Shown here piece after piece: positions 1-13,320 of a stretch of DNA of 64,000 bases; the stretch's first letter is position 1, and each line of letters starts with the position of its first letter. Both the position numbers and the translations under genes were made by a program. The stretch comes from Macrostomum hystrix. Lineage: Eukaryota; Animalia; Platyhelminthes. The notes under the pieces are model-generated. The model ran no database searches and was not told where the DNA came from. It saw only the letters and a program-made list of their open reading frames with translations. The stretch covers positions 5,208,001 to 5,272,000 of the forward strand of contig CATNEN010000011.1 of assembly GCA_950097015.1 (NCBI GenBank). The letters run 5' to 3'.

Positions 1-80
1 GTGAGGAACTGTTAGATAAAGTGAGGAACAGTTAGACAAAGTGGGGAACTGTTAGACAAAGTGGGGAACTGTTAGATAAT
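1..80 (+). repeat. 20-bp minisatellite (gtgrggaactgttagayaaa), intronic, truncated by window edge
   Basis: About four direct copies visible. Confidence 0.85.
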
Positions 81-102
81 AGTGTGAGAATCTGTCTCTC
101 AC

Positions 103-3100
103 CAGAACCCCGTCCAGATGTGGCCAAGGATAAGTGCCATCGGTGGTGTAGTACACATCAACAGGTCCTTGAGCGTCGTCATTCTCCTGACTACAGCGAA
201 ATCTCTGTGAATTTTCCAGCCGCACTAGCTCAGGTTGCGCCGTCCGCTCCGGTCGCCACAGCACAATGACGCAACTGATTTCGCGCGAATTCAACTCGCC
301 AATTTTCGAAGCCGTCGAACTAACTACGAAACGAAACAGGCCACATTGACGAAAGATGCAACGACACCTATCTGGATAATTGGGATTGATTTCAATTTTG
401 ACGACACCTTCAAGCGGTTTTCCATCATTGTCAATTGGGGATAAAGCCAGGTTTGCCGACCCCAGATACCACAGAACAGATCCACCGCGGCAGATGGTGA
501 CAACATTGGGTCGAAATTTTTCATCTTTGGTCCAACTGACTGCAGCGTCGAAATCGTTGACTTTCATGGTTAACTTTGCCGCACCACCAACGAATATGCT
601 CGAGTTGCCATGCCTGATAATACCCGGCTGGTTGAGACTATGCTCAAAGACACGCGACTTGGCAGCCCCTCCGCTGTCGCAGTCGATTTCAGCGGCTGCT
701 GCCTGAGCTTCAACGACACTGTTGAATATCCAGACAGCCAGGTCGCCAAGTTCAGCTAGAACTGTTGTCTGTGAGTCTGTTGCGCTAAGATCGATCAGTC
801 GAATTCTTTGTGTACCAGTTGATTCACAACAATGAACCCGGAGTTGACTGCCACTGTCGCTGATTAAATCGAAACGACTTCTGCTGTGCCGTCGCTGCTG
901 CTGCTGCTGCTGATCGTCGATCTCTAGTTCCGGCAGTCTGACCAATGCCGCGCACGGGCCATCAATTGGAGGGCCGAGTCTCTCAGAGACGATCGAAAAA
1001 TCGTCGACGTCGTCGATAACAGAATCGGCGAATCGCACAGTCCGCCTGCCGGATCGCCAGCGCCAGAGCAGAGTGTCGCCTGGGGCGGCCGTCACCTCCT
1101 GAGGCTCGAAACTGCCCGAGTCCGTCAGGACTATCGAGTGCGTCTGAGGGGGATGATTGAGTGTTGTCGCGGTGGTGAGTGAGGGTGAAAGAGGGGGTCG
1201 GAGAGGGGGTGAGAGGGAGGGTAGAGGGAGGGTGAGAGGGAGGGTGAGAGGGAAGGTGAGAGGGAAGGTGAGAGGGAGGGTGAGAGGGAGGGTGAGAGGG
1301 AAGGTGAGAGGGAAGGTGAGAGGGAGGGTGAGAGGGAGGGTGAGAGGGAAGGTGAGAGGGAGGGTGAGAGGGAAGGTGAGAGGAAAGGTGAGAGGGAAGG
1401 TGAGAGGGAGGGTGAGAGGGAAGGTGAGAGGGAAGGTGAGAGGGAGGGTGAGAGGGAAGGTGAGAGGGAAGGTGAGAGGGAGGGTGAGAGGGAAGGTGAG
1501 AGGAAAGGTGAGAGGGAACATGAGAGGGAAGGTGAGAGGGAGGGTGAGAGGGAAGGTGAGAGGGAGGGTGAGAGGGAAGGTGAGAGGAAAGGTGAGAGGG
1601 AAGGTGAGAGGGAGGGTGAGAGGGAAGGTGAGAGGGAAGTTGAGAGGAAAGGTGAGAGGGAAGGTGAGAGGGAGGGTGAGAGGGAAGGTGAGAGGGAGGG
1701 TGAGTGTGAAGGTGAGAGGGAGGGTGAGAGGGAAGGTGAGAGGAAAGGTGAGAGGGAAGGTGAGAGGGAGGGTGAGAGGGAAGGTGAGAGGGAAGGTGAG
1801 AGGGAAGGTGAGAGGGAAGGTGAGAGGGAGGGTGAGAGGGAAGGTGAGAGGGAAGGTGAGAGGGAGGGTGAGAGGGAAGGTGAGAGGGAAGGTGAGAGGG
1901 AAGGTGAGAGGGAAGGTGAGAGGGAGGGTGAGAGGGAAGGTGAGAGGGAGGGTGAGAGGGAAGGTGAGAGGGAAGGTGAGAGGGAGGGTGAGAGGGAAGG
2001 TGAGAGGGAGGGTGAGAGGGAAGGTGAGAGGGAAGGTGAGAGGGAAGGTGAGAGGGAGGGTGAGAGGGAAGGTGAGAGGGAAGGTGAGAGGGAAGGTGAG
2101 AGGGAAGGTGAGAGGGAAGGTGAGAGGGAGGGTGAGAGGGAAGGTGAGAGGGAGGGTGAGAGGGAAGGTGAGAGGGAAGGTGAGAGGGAGGGTGAGAGGG
2201 AAGGTGAGAGGGAGGGTGAGAGGGAAGGTGAGAGGGAAGGTGAGAGGGAGGGTGAGAGGGAAGGTGAGAGGGAGGGTGAGAGGGAAGGTGAGAGGGAGGG
2301 TGAGAGGGAAGGTGAGAGGGAGGGTGAGAGGGTAGGTGAGAGGGAATATATAATGGAGGCTGAGAGGGACTTGTTGTTCGACGCCCTTAAGGGCCAAACT
2401 CCAAGGCACAGTAAAAGTGTACACTGCCTGACGAATGTGAGCGAGTGCCTGCGTACGGTATCTGTGTGCGCGTGTGCTCAGAAGTCAGCGAAATGGGCAG
2501 AATTGCCTCCTCGCTGGCTGCGGGTCTAGTGTCACCAAATGACGTGACATTTCCCGCAGCCGTACTGCAAATATAATATAGTAGGATCAGAAGTGTAAAC
2601 TCACCTTGTTCCCAGGCCTTGAGATCACTGTGAGCACCGATCCTGGTTCATCCGAATCGCTGCAGCGAAATTTTTTCACTCCCTGAGCCGAGAAGGTCTC
2701 AGGGCTCAGAAAGACGCATTTGGATTTGAGAACTGGCTCGGTAGACAGGAGCACACAGCCTGGTGAGGGAATTCACTAGACTCTGTATCTTTATCTTAAA
2801 ACTATTTCGCGCTTTCACTGCTGAATGTGAGGTTACATCCAAAAGCTACCCCATCCAATCCTGAAGCTACTCCATCCGATCCTGAAGCTACTCCATCCGA
2901 TCCAGAAGCTACTCCATCCGATCCTGAAGCTAATCCATCCGATCCTGAAGCTACTCCATCCAATCCTGAAGCTAATCCATCCGATCCTGAAGCTACTCCA
3001 TCCAATCCTGAAGCTACTCCATCCGATTCAGAAGCTACTCCATCCGATCCTGAAGCTAATCCATCCGATCCTGAAGCTACTCCATCCAATCCTGAAGCTA

Positions 3101-6100
3101 CTCCATCCGATTCAGAAGCTACTCCATCCGATCCTGAAGCTACTCCATCCGATCCTGAAGCTACTCCATCCGATCCAGAAGCTACTCCATCCGATCCAGA
3201 AGCTACTCCATCCGATCCAGAAGCTACTCCATCCGATCCTGAAGCTACTCCATCCGATCCTGAAGCTACTCCATCCGATCCTGAAGCTACTCCATCCGAT
3301 CCTGAAGCTACTCCATCCAATCCTGAAGCTACTCCATCCAATCCTGAAGCTACTCCATCCGATCCTGAAGCTACTCCCTCCGATCCTGAAGCTACTCCCT
3401 CCGATCCAGAAGCTACTCCATCCGATCCTGAAGCTACTCCATCCGATCCTGAAGCTACTCCATCCGATCCTGAAGCTACTCCATCCGATCCTGAAGCTAC
3501 TCCATCCGATACTGAAGCTACTCCATCCAATCCTGAAGCTACCCCATCCGATCCTGAAACTACTCCATCCAATTCTTAAGCTACTCCATCCAATCCTGAA
3601 GCTACACCATCCTGAAGCTACACCATCCTGAAGCTACCCCATCCTGAAGCTACCCCATCCTGAAGCTACCCCATCCTGAAGCTACCCCATCCTGAAGCTA
3701 CCACATCCTGAAGCTACCCCATCCTGAAGCTACCCCATCCTGAAGCTACCCCATCCCATTCTCACCACTGCAAGCTGCTCCATCAGCAGGTGACTTCAAG
3801 AGCTCCCACTCCGTGGAGCTCCTGGACTGTCTCGCTCCTCCAACCAGTCTGAGGCCAGATGCCAAAGTGGCGTCATCGAACTCCAGCCACAGAGAGTCCT
3901 CGGTGGACATGCAGACAAGATCCGGCTCAAATCTGCCGCAATTATCGACCTGAACTCGATGCTGACGCCGCTTCTGCCACACTAGAATGGCGCCAACTTT
4001 GCCAGCTCTTCGGCGAAGCTTGCCAACAGCGGCGGCTGACGAGTCGGCGAAGTGGCTGACGTCAACGGCGCCTTCAACTGTCAAAAAGTCGTGAGCCATG
4101 AGACCGCAACGCGTTGCTCGATGCCAGCGATAACCGCTGAGTGACGGCTGGGTGAAAATAGATTTGATTTATGTTAGATTAAGAGCAAACCTGTTAGACA
4201 GCAATGTCACCTGTTAGACAGCAATGTAACCTGTTAGACAGCAATGTAACCTGTTAGACAGCAATGTAACCTGTTAGACAGCAATGTAACCTGTTAGACA
4301 GCAATGTAACCTGTTAGACAGCAATGTAACCTGTTAGACAGCAATGTAACCTGTTAGACAGCAATGTAACCTGTTAGACAGAAATGTAACCTGTTAGACA
4401 GCAATGTAACCTGTTAGACAGCAATGTAACCTGTTAGACAGCAATGTAACCTGTTAGACAGCAATGTAACCTGTTAGACAGCAATTTAACCTATTAAACA
4501 GCAATATAACCTGTTAGGCAGCAATGTAACCTGTTAGACAGCTATGTTAACTGTTACCTTCACTTCAGCCCTGAGCAGGCTGTCTCTAGAGAGCTCAAAC
4601 GGGGCATGCCTGAACTCGCAGGCCCAGTCGAACCAGACTCTGTCTCCGGCGGTGACGCAGCTGATTGGCGGATTGAAGCCGTCGTCCGTGATTCGAATTC
4701 GGTGTTCTCTAATTGGTGGTATGTTAGATATGTTAGTGCGCCATTAAGCGGTCTTTCTATTGTTAAAAAAGTGACCATACAAGCTGTACTCTGTTAAGTC
4801 CATAGACTAAAGCACCGATAATCGACTATGTTGATAATAGGTTATTGTCTCACCTGTAGCAGTCCCTGACGTGTACGCTGCACACTCGACCATTCAGAGT
4901 GGTATCATTGCTTTGAATTGCAAAATAGTATACGCCCTGTTCACTGCAAAATAGAAAAATAAATAATTATATTTTTTTATTTAGAGAGGAAAAAATATGT
5001 ACTAACGTTAGATAAATAGCTTACTCAAATTGTCTTTCGATTGACCCTGTCCTCGACGGTTCACAGCTCCTAAAATATAAGCAATAATTAAAAAACAAAA
5101 TTTTCAGACTCTTCGATGGCAGGACCAGCGTCTAAAACTACTTGTTTTAGACGCTGTCTGTTAGACAGGAGAGCTACCTGTTCGACAAGGAATTCCCCTG
5201 TTAGACAGGAGGGCTACCTGTTAGACAGGAGATCTATCTGTTAGGCAGGAGAGCTACCTGTTCGACAAGGAATTCCCCTGTTAGACAGGAGGGCTACCTG
5301 TTAGACAGGAGATCTATCTGTTAGGCAGGAGAGCTACCTGTTCGACAAGGAATTCCCCTGTTAGACAGGAGTGTGTCATCTGTTAGACAGGAGTGTGTCA
5401 TCTGTTAGACAGGAGTGTGTCATCTGTTAGACAGGTGTGTGTCATCTGTTAGACAGGAGTGTGTCATCTGTTAGACAGGAGTGTGTCATCTTTCAGACAG
5501 GTGTGTGTCATCTTTCAAACAGGTGTGTGTCATCTGTTAGACAGGTGTGTGTCATCTGTTAGACAGGTGTGTGTCATCTGTTAGACAGGTGTGTGTCATC
5601 TGTTAGACAGGAGTGTGTCATCTGTTAGACAGGAGTGTGTCATCTGTTAGACAGGTGTGTGTCATCTGTTAGACAGGAGTGTGTCATCTGTTAGACAGGT
5701 GTGTGTCATCTGTTAGACAGGAGTGTGTCATCTGTTAGACAGGTGTGTGTCATCTGTTAGACAGGAGTGTGTCATCTGTTAGACAGGTGTGTGTCATCTG
5801 TTAGACAGGTGTGTGTCATCTGTTAGACAGGAGTGTGTCATCTGTTAGACAGGTGTGTGTCATCTGTTAGACAGGAGTGTGTCATCTGTTAGACAGGTGT
5901 GTGTCATCTGTTAGACAGGTGTGTGTCATCTGTTAGACAGGAGTGTGTCATCTGTTAGACAGGTGTGTGTCATCTGTTAGACAGGAGTGTGTCATCTGTT
6001 AGACAGGTGTGTGTCATCTGTTAGACAGGTGTGTGTCATCTGTTAGACAGGAGTGTGTCATCTGTTAGACAGGTGTGTGTCGTCTGTTAGACAGGAGTGT

Positions 6101-9100
6101 GTCATCTGTTAGACAGGTGTGTGTCATCTGTTAGACAGGAGTGTGTCATCTGTTAGACAGGAGTGTGTCATCTGTTAGACAGGTGTGTGTCATCTGTCAG
6201 ACAGGAGTGTGTCATCTTTCAGACAGGAGTGTGTCATCTTTCAGACAGGAGTGTGTCATCTTTCAGACAGGTGTGTGTCATCTTTCAGACAGGAGTGTGT
6301 CATCTTTCAGACAGGAGTGTGTCATCTTTCAGACAGGAGTGTGTCATCTTTCAGACAGGTGTGTGTCATCTTTCAGAAAGGAGTGTGTCATCTTTCAGAC
6401 AGGAGTGTGTCATCTTTCAGACAGGAGTGTGTCATCTTTCAGACAGGAGTGTGTCATCTTTCAGACAGGTGTGTGTCATCTTTCAGACAGGAGTGTGTCA
6501 TCTTTCAGACAGGTAAGTCACCTGTTAGACAGGTTTTGCCTGCTGTTATGCCAGATAAATAGTCATATGAAAAGTACGGCTTTCAAGTCAAAGTGGATTT
6601 TGCATCCGTTAACCTGTCAAATGTCCCATCTTTGTTTGGAAAGCACAAGAAGCTTTCGCCCAAGTCACAACTTGCATCCTCAAGTTCTCAAGCAAGGCAT
6701 CGATCTCACAGGCACACAGATACTTCAAATTTTAGGCCCAAGCCTAGAGCTATAGTGTTTCTGAGTCAGTTGGTTGCTATGGCAACATAGTGCCGAGAAG
6801 AAAGAGTAGGCATACAATTGAAGCACTTATAAAGTTGAGTTTACATTAGTTAACTCTATAGATGTCGTGGCAATGACACTTATACGCGACTCGTAACAGT
6901 TCCTGCGTGCAGTCCCATCTTTGTCGGCACCTGTCCCAGCTGTTACTGAGAACTGACGCATTCAGTAGTTTTTTTGTTTAGACAGAACTTGTAATTTAGA
7001 GACTGCTTTTCTGAACCTACAGAAACAGTTTTGCTGAACCTTCAGTGACAGTTTTACTGAACCTTCAGGGATTGTTTTACTAAACCTTAAGGGATTGTTT
7101 AATTGAACCTTCAGGGACTGTTTTACTGAACCTTCAGAAACAGGTTTGCTGAACCTTCAGTGACGGTTTTATTGAACCTTCAGGGACTGTTTTACTGAAA
7201 CTTCAGGGACTGTTTTACTGAACCTTCAGTGACTGTTTTACTGAAACTTCAGGGACTGTTTTACTGAACCTTCAGTGACTGTTTTACTGAAACTTCAGGG
7301 ACTGTTTTACTGAACCTTCAGTGACTGTTTTACTGAACCTTCAGAAACAGGTTTGCTGAACCTTCAGTGACGGTTTTATTGAACCTTCAGGGACTGTTTT
7401 ACTGAAACTTCAGGGACTGTTTTACTGAACCTTCAGGGACTGTTTTACTGAACCTTTAGGGATTGTTTCACAGAAACTTGAGATGCATTTTAACTTAAGA
7501 AATATTTTACTAATGGATTTAAAATTGCAGTATTTTTTATTTTGGGCACGCATTGATAGGCACTGGCACTTACTGTTCCAGCAGTCTCAATCCGATTGGC
7601 TGACAGTTGAAGCAGAGGTCAACTGGCAAGATTCTGATTGGCTGGGGCAGATCATTCCACGCCCAGGCCACGGACTCGCCCACTTCAGCGTGGACGGTCA
7701 CGCTCGTGAATCCGTCTATTGGTGAAACCTCGACTTTAGTCGGTGGTCGTCTAGAAACTTTCACAGTGAGAGGATTACAGCGAATTCCGGCGCACACAAA
7801 CACAAACTCGCCGGCTAGACCGAAACGATGCGAAAACTGGCCCTGTTTTGTCAGCGGACCCGAGTGGATGCCGCCGGGCACCGGGCGGTATTGTTCGCCG
7901 TCGTGCACCACCTGGGTGACGTTGCAGCCGACATTGTCCGCGGCATCAGCCATGGAGGTGTTCCAGGAGAATGAGACGAACTGCATTATGTGGGAAGATT
8001 AGGGGATTTTTTTATAATTTCGGGTAGAAATAATTGAGGATCAATTAGGGAGTCTTAGACACGAATGATGACGGAGCGAAAGAGACAGACAGTGTGAGAC
8101 AGACAGGGTGAGAGGGTGAGACAGACAGTGTGAGACAGACAGTGTGAGACAGACAGGGTGAGAGGGTGAGACAGACAGGGTGAGACAGACAGTGTGAGAC
8201 AGACAGTGTGAGACAGACAGGGTGAGAGGGTGAGACAGACAGGGTGAGACAGACAGTGTGAGACAGACAGTGTGAGACAGACAGGGTGAGACAGACAGGG
8301 TGAGACAGACAGTGTGAGACAGACAGTGTGAGACAGACAGGGTGAGAGGGTGAGACAGACAGGGTGAGACAGACAGTGTGAGACAGACAGTGTGAGACAG
8401 ACAGTGTGAGACAGACAGTGTGAGACAGACAGGGTGAGACAGACAGTGTGAGACAGACAGGGTGAGACAGACAGGTGAGACAGACAATGTGAGACAGACA
8501 GTGCGAGACAGACAGTGTGAGAGGGTGAGACAGACAGGGTGAGACAGACAGTGTGAGACAGACAGTGTGAGACAGACAGTGTGAGACAGACAGTGTGAGA
8601 CAGACAGGGTGAGAGGGTGAGACAGACAGTGTGAGACAGACAGGGTGAGACAGACAGTGTGAGACAGACAGTGTGAGACAGACAGTGTGAGACAGACAGG
8701 GTGAGAGGGTGAGACAGACAGGGTGAGACAGACAGGGTGAGACAGACAGTGTGAGACAGACAGTGTGAGACAGACAGGGTGAGACAGACAGTGTGAGACA
8801 GACAGTGTGAGACAGACAGTGTGAGACAGACAGGGTGAGACAGACAGTGTGAGACAGACAGGGTGAGACAGACAGTGTGATACAGACGAGATGAGCAGAT
8901 CGGGTGATGCAGCAGTTATTTGAGAGACAGCAGAAGGAAAAATATGATATTTAAGCGCAGAGCAGATAATTACATTTCCTGTCACAATGCTGATCCGATT
9001 AGTAGAGAAGCCAGAGCTGCTAACGGTGACATTTACGATTTCGCTGGGATCTGAAATGTGTTTAATTGTGTTACAAGAATCATCACTTTAAGACACTAGT

Positions 9101-9396
9101 TCATTCTGAGTGAAAATTTCAGTTCAATCCAAATATTTACCGTTTCGCCATTTCATTCGATCAGACATAGCACTGGGTGAGTAAAGCCTTCTAGCCATGA
9201 TTGTCTGCACCTGCTGTGTCTGGCTGCCGTAGGCGTGACTTCTGGCACTGACGGCTCTGGATAGTGGCGGCGGCGGTCGAGTGGTTCCTGTAGGCGCCGG
9301 TTTTGATGTCGAAGCCGGTCTGGTGTCTGGACTGGCCTCCTGACTGCTGGAGATGTTGGCTGACTCAGGTCGAGACTTTGACGGAGCGGAGCCCAT
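103..9396 (-). CDS. Multi-exon gene (3'-partial): putative N-myristoylated protein with multiple cupredoxin-like repeats and a YYTTDGxxP (CHB_HEX_C/Fn3-associated-like) motif
   Basis: Exons chained with GT-AG sites and consistent phases: 9141-9396 (MGSAPSK...), 8974-9050 ([26 protein letters not shown]), 7574-7980 (FVSFSW...CNVTQV...[24 protein letters not shown]), one or more unresolved exons near 6600-6950, 4854-4910, 4558-4708 ([27 protein letters not shown]), 3766-4147, 2605-2759, 103-1143 ([29 protein letters not shown]...[10 protein letters not shown]). The motif (V/I)xITxxGFxP..I/VxxGDxVxWxW recurs. The gene continues beyond the window start. Confidence 0.75.
1220..2345 (+). repeat. 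12-bp purine-rich minisatellite (gagagggaaggt) in intron
   Basis: Direct tandem copies; source of the TLPLTFPL and GKVRGRVR ORFs. Confidence 0.97.
2845..3755 (+). repeat. 21-bp minisatellite (gaagctactccatccgatcct) decaying to 17-bp units, intronic
   Basis: Tandem copies between exons 2605-2759 and 3766-4147. Confidence 0.95.
4190..4545 (+). repeat. 20-bp minisatellite (cctgttagacagcaatgtaa), intronic
   Basis: Near-perfect tandem copies. Confidence 0.95.
5155..6515 (+). repeat. Composite 20/22-bp minisatellite (ctgttagacaggagtgtgtcat), intronic
   Basis: Tandem copies; the unit shifts to ctttcagacagg near 6200. Confidence 0.95.
7010..7470 (+). repeat. ~23-bp minisatellite (tactgaaccttcagggactgttt), intronic
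   Basis: Degenerate tandem copies. Confidence 0.9.
8080..8885 (+). repeat. 14-bp minisatellite (gagacagacagtgt/gagacagacagggt), intronic
   Basis: Tandem copies. Confidence 0.95.
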
Positions 9397-11319
9397 GCTA
9401 ACCGACTTGGGTACTGCAGGCTTTGAGTTATTTTAAAACTGGTGGCATAGCTTAGTTTTGACCATTCTGTTTAGTTTGTATGGCTGAAATGGATAGAATT
9501 TAACTGTGCGGATATAACTCATAGTGTAAATTCACTTTATAGGGCAAATACAGCGCTTAGTAAAATAAATATTCTTGTAATTTATTTCAAATTAAATAGG
9601 TTATACAAACGCAGCAGATTTTTTGTGTAATTTTATAGTATTTCGGACTTGCTGATATAAAGATATAAAAACACTGTGTAAAAATCTTAATTTAAGTAAG
9701 TTAATGAACTGTAAAAAACGTATGTGTTTATATTAAATATTAACGATTTGTGACATACAATTATTTTATATATTTATTTTAAATATAAAAAATATACTAG
9801 ATTTTTTAGTTTAAGCCGTAAAAATGTATAATATAATAATATTAATATAATATCTAGGCATATATATATGCACCACGTTTTTATATTAAAAAAATTCATT
9901 GCAAGTTTTTGTAATGTCTAGGCGATACAGCATCTGAAATTGAAGTCTGATTTCAAAGATAACATTTATCCTTTACTCCGTCCGTAACTATTTCCAAAAG
10001 CTCTAACAAAATAGTAGGTAACGCGTGCTGCATAAGGCTCAGCTAAGTATTTTTTTACAGTATATAGTATAAGGTGTAAATATAGATAACAAAAGTTGCA
10101 ATCTCCGTAGCAACGAAGGTACGCAATTTGGGATAAAAAGAATGGGAGAAATTAAAGTCAATTATTGGGATGCTTGGAGGCATTGTAAACGTTAAAAAGT
10201 AAAACAAAAGTGAAATAGTAATCAAAACAAACTGCATATGACTATATAAATACGTTTAAATAAAAAATATAAATTAGTTTTCTGAAAATTATTTAATTTT
10301 TCTTTCCTGCAAGCAACACACTAAGAGAGAAACATATCACGCTAAAATTTCCATTTTCGTAGAGATCTACATTAATAAGTAATTGCCTATATATGCTCGA
10401 TTTTCAAAAAATCATGATCTGGTCCGTAGTTTAAGCCGTAGTTTTATTCGTTCATGAGTTTTACTCATTCAGCAACAAAGTCACAGTCAATTCCTCGCAA
10501 TCATTTATGGTTGTAACTCTATGATGTTATGTAGTTATAGATTTCACGTGCAGCATAATTGATATACGAGTAGATCAGTGAATTAAAACTTAGGCTTAAA
10601 ACCAAATTTAGCTCTTCTTTTTGTTTTTTTATACTAAGCAGAAAAAAATAGTTGAATTCGTTTTTTAAAATGCCAATAAAACGATATTATAGGTTTGAAT
10701 ACGTAGATCGTAGATGCTTTGATTCTTGCGTGATTATTTTAATTTTCTACTGCAGCTGCGATAACAGATAGATTGCACGTGAGTTTTCGTGCACAAGTTT
10801 TGTTTTTTCCATTTGGATTTCAGTTATTGGAAGCATGACTTTGTGCTAAAATAATGGTACTGCAGCTCCATAGCAATTATTATTAACTGTACTACAAGAG
10901 CATCGGCCCAATGCACTCATATAGATTTATTTAGGGGATGCAGGAAATTTTTCGATTTCCGATGGCCAATTATCGGAAAGCTGCTGGAAGCTGAGGCGTT
11001 TGATCCCCATCTGCGCTTGAGATAGATATAAAACTGTAGGCCCTACAAGCCCCATGCAGAGGAGGAGTGAGAAACGGTCAGCTGATTGCGTGGTGCAGGC
11101 TGAGCATACAAAAGAAATCAAACGAGTCTTTCCAAAAAGCCGAGCCCACCTTTTTGGTCTACCTTAATCTTCTTTGTTTAATTATAATACATCATAAGGT
11201 AAGAATTTATATAATTGCAGGTGATTGAAACTGTATACACTCGAATTATTATATTATTCATTATGCCTAGACATACAGATGTAGAAAAAACTCAAGCAGG
11301 TGTGCAAACTATTGGAGAC

Positions 11320-12050
11320 CTAGAACAAACTACCAGATGCACCAAACTAGCAGATATTTACCAAACTAGATAATGTACTTAACTAGCAGATGTGTACCAA
11401 ACTAGCAGGTGTACCAAACTAGGAGATGTACCAAACTAGCACATGTACATAACTAGCAGATGTACAAAACTAGCAGATGTACCAAACTAGGAGATGTACC
11501 AAACTAAAAGATGTACCAAACTAGAAGATGTACCAAACTAGAAGATGTACAAAACTAGGAGATGTACCAAACTAAAAGATGTACCAAACTAGAAGATGTA
11601 CCAAAATAGAAGATGTACCAAACTAAAAGATGTACCAAACTAGAAAATGTACCAAACTAGAAGATGTACCAAACTAAAAGATGTACCAAACTAGAAGATG
11701 TACCAAACTAGAAGATGTACCAAACTAGAAGATGTACCAAACTAGGAGATGTACCAAACTAGAAGATGTACCAAACTAAAAGATGTTCCAAACTAGAAGA
11801 TGTTCCAAACTAGAAGATGTTCCAAACTAGAAGATGTACCAAACTAAAAGATGTTCCAAACTAGAAGATGTACCAAACTAGAAGATGTACCAAACTAGAA
11901 GATGTACCAAACTAAAAGATGTTCCAAACTAGAAGATGTACCAAACTAGAAGATGTACCAAACATGAAGATGTACCAAACTAAAATATGTACCAAACTAG
12001 AAGATGTACCAAACTAGGAGATGTCCTTAACTAGCAGATGTACAAAATTT
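11320..12050 (+). repeat. 17-bp minisatellite (gtaccaaactagaagat) immediately upstream of the stomatin gene
   Basis: Tandem copies. Confidence 0.95.
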
Positions 12051-12143
12051 CGGGGCACACTTCATTTGAAAAATATTTATAATGCGACTCTCCGTTTCAA
12101 GTCACAATTCGATTTACCACTCAGCCAGTAACAGTTCGTCACA

Positions 12144-13127
12144 ATGACCTCGTCCGGAGGCTCGGGCGCCCCCAGACTCAGCAGCCACCTCCGGGCCCAC
12201 CAGGTGGCCAGCCTAGTTTCCGATCCGCTCGGCCCGCTGAAAGCGGAAGCCGCGGCCGTTGCAGCTTCGGTTTCAGCCGCCGCCGAAGAATCAATGCAGC
12301 AGGCCAAAAGAAATGACAACTTCTGCTCCCGATGCCTGTTCGTCTTCAGCATGATACTCATCGCCTTGGCCTTCCCATTCTCGCTATTCTTCTGCCTTCG
12401 TGTAGTGACAGACTACGAGCGTGCGGTGGTGTTTCGCCTCGGTCGAGTCCTGGGCCAGGAGGGCAAAGGTCCTGGTCTATTCTTCGTGGTGCCCTGCTGC
12501 GATCAGGTGCGCAAGGTCGACCTGCGGACCGTCACATTCGACGTGCCGCCACAGGAGGTGTTGACCAAGGATTCTGTGACGGTCGCGGTTGACGCCGTTG
12601 TCTACTATCGAATCTTTAGTCCGGTGACGAGCGTCACCAATGTGGAAGACGCCGATCGATCCACGCGCCTTCTGGCCCAGACAACCCTCCGCAATGTTCT
12701 GGGGACCAAGAACCTGTCTGAGATTCTATCTGAGCGAGAGTGCATCAGCGGCACGATGCAGGAGTGCCTCGACCTTGCCACGGATCCCTGGGGCGTCAAG
12801 GTGGAACGAGTCGAGATCAAGGATGTCCGCCTGCCGGTGCAGCTTCAGCGGGCGATGGCGGCCGAGGCGGAGGCGGCTCGCGAGGCTCGGGCCAAGGTCA
12901 TCATGGCGGAGGGCGAGCAGCGGGCGTCCAAGGCTTTGCGCGACGCGGCTGCGGTCATCGAGCAGTCGCCAATCGCTCTGCAGCTGAGGTATCTTCACAC
13001 TCTAAGCGCCATCTCAGCTGAGAAGAACTCGACCATCATCTTTCCGCTGCCGATGGAATTTCTGGCCCACTTCGGCGGCGGGTACCGCGGCGTCGGCAGC
13101 AGCGAAAGCGCTGAAAAGATGGAATGA
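12144..13127 (+). CDS. Stomatin/band-7 (SPFH) family protein, MEC-2/stomatin-like, intronless
   Basis: Hydrophobic hairpin with Pro (LIALAFPFSLFFCL), YERAVVFRLGR, VDLRTVTFDVPPQEVLTKDSVTVAVDAVVYYRI, WGVKVERVEIKDVRLP, AMAAEAEAAREARAKVI, LQLRYL. Confidence 0.95.
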   Translation: MTSSGGSGAPRLSSHLRAHQVASLVSDPLGPLKAEAAAVAASVSAAAEESMQQAKRNDNFCSRCLFVFSMILIALAFPFSLFFCLRVVTDYERAVVFRLGRVLGQEGKGPGLFFVVPCCDQVRKVDLRTVTFDVPPQEVLTKDSVTVAVDAVVYYRIFSPVTSVTNVEDADRSTRLLAQTTLRNVLGTKNLSEILSERECISGTMQECLDLATDPWGVKVERVEIKDVRLPVQLQRAMAAEAEAAREARAKVIMAEGEQRASKALRDAAAVIEQSPIALQLRYLHTLSAISAEKNSTIIFPLPMEFLAHFGGGYRGVGSSESAEKME

Positions 13128-13320
13128 TTGACGAAAGAACCAGAATCATATTGTTGGATTTCATCGAAGTTTTTCTAGTCAACCATTTATTTAAAAAGAT
13201 TTAAAAGAGCGGCAATAAGCAGTACTTGATCGTACGCGTTCCTGCCTAACAGATCGGACTGTTTTATCTTGCTAGCAGCGTGCTTTGAGACTCATAATTT
13301 TAACAGGAGGACTGCAAAAC

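Noticed and set aside
1157-2424. 392-aa [11 protein letters not shown] and the TLPLTFPL N-terminal half of the 790-aa ORF
   Set aside because: Both are translations of an intronic 12-bp minisatellite. The real exon starts at the acceptor at 1143, and the upstream exon 2605-2759 splices in phase.
2802-3579. Mucin-like EATPSDP and DGVASGS repeat ORFs
   Set aside because: The 21-bp array lies between phase-compatible exons and decays into 17-bp frame-breaking units; no signal peptide or splice support.
6600-6950. Exact exon(s) linking 7574 to 4910 in the cupredoxin-repeat gene
   Set aside because: Several candidate acceptors and donors exist and none is clearly best; boundaries not asserted.
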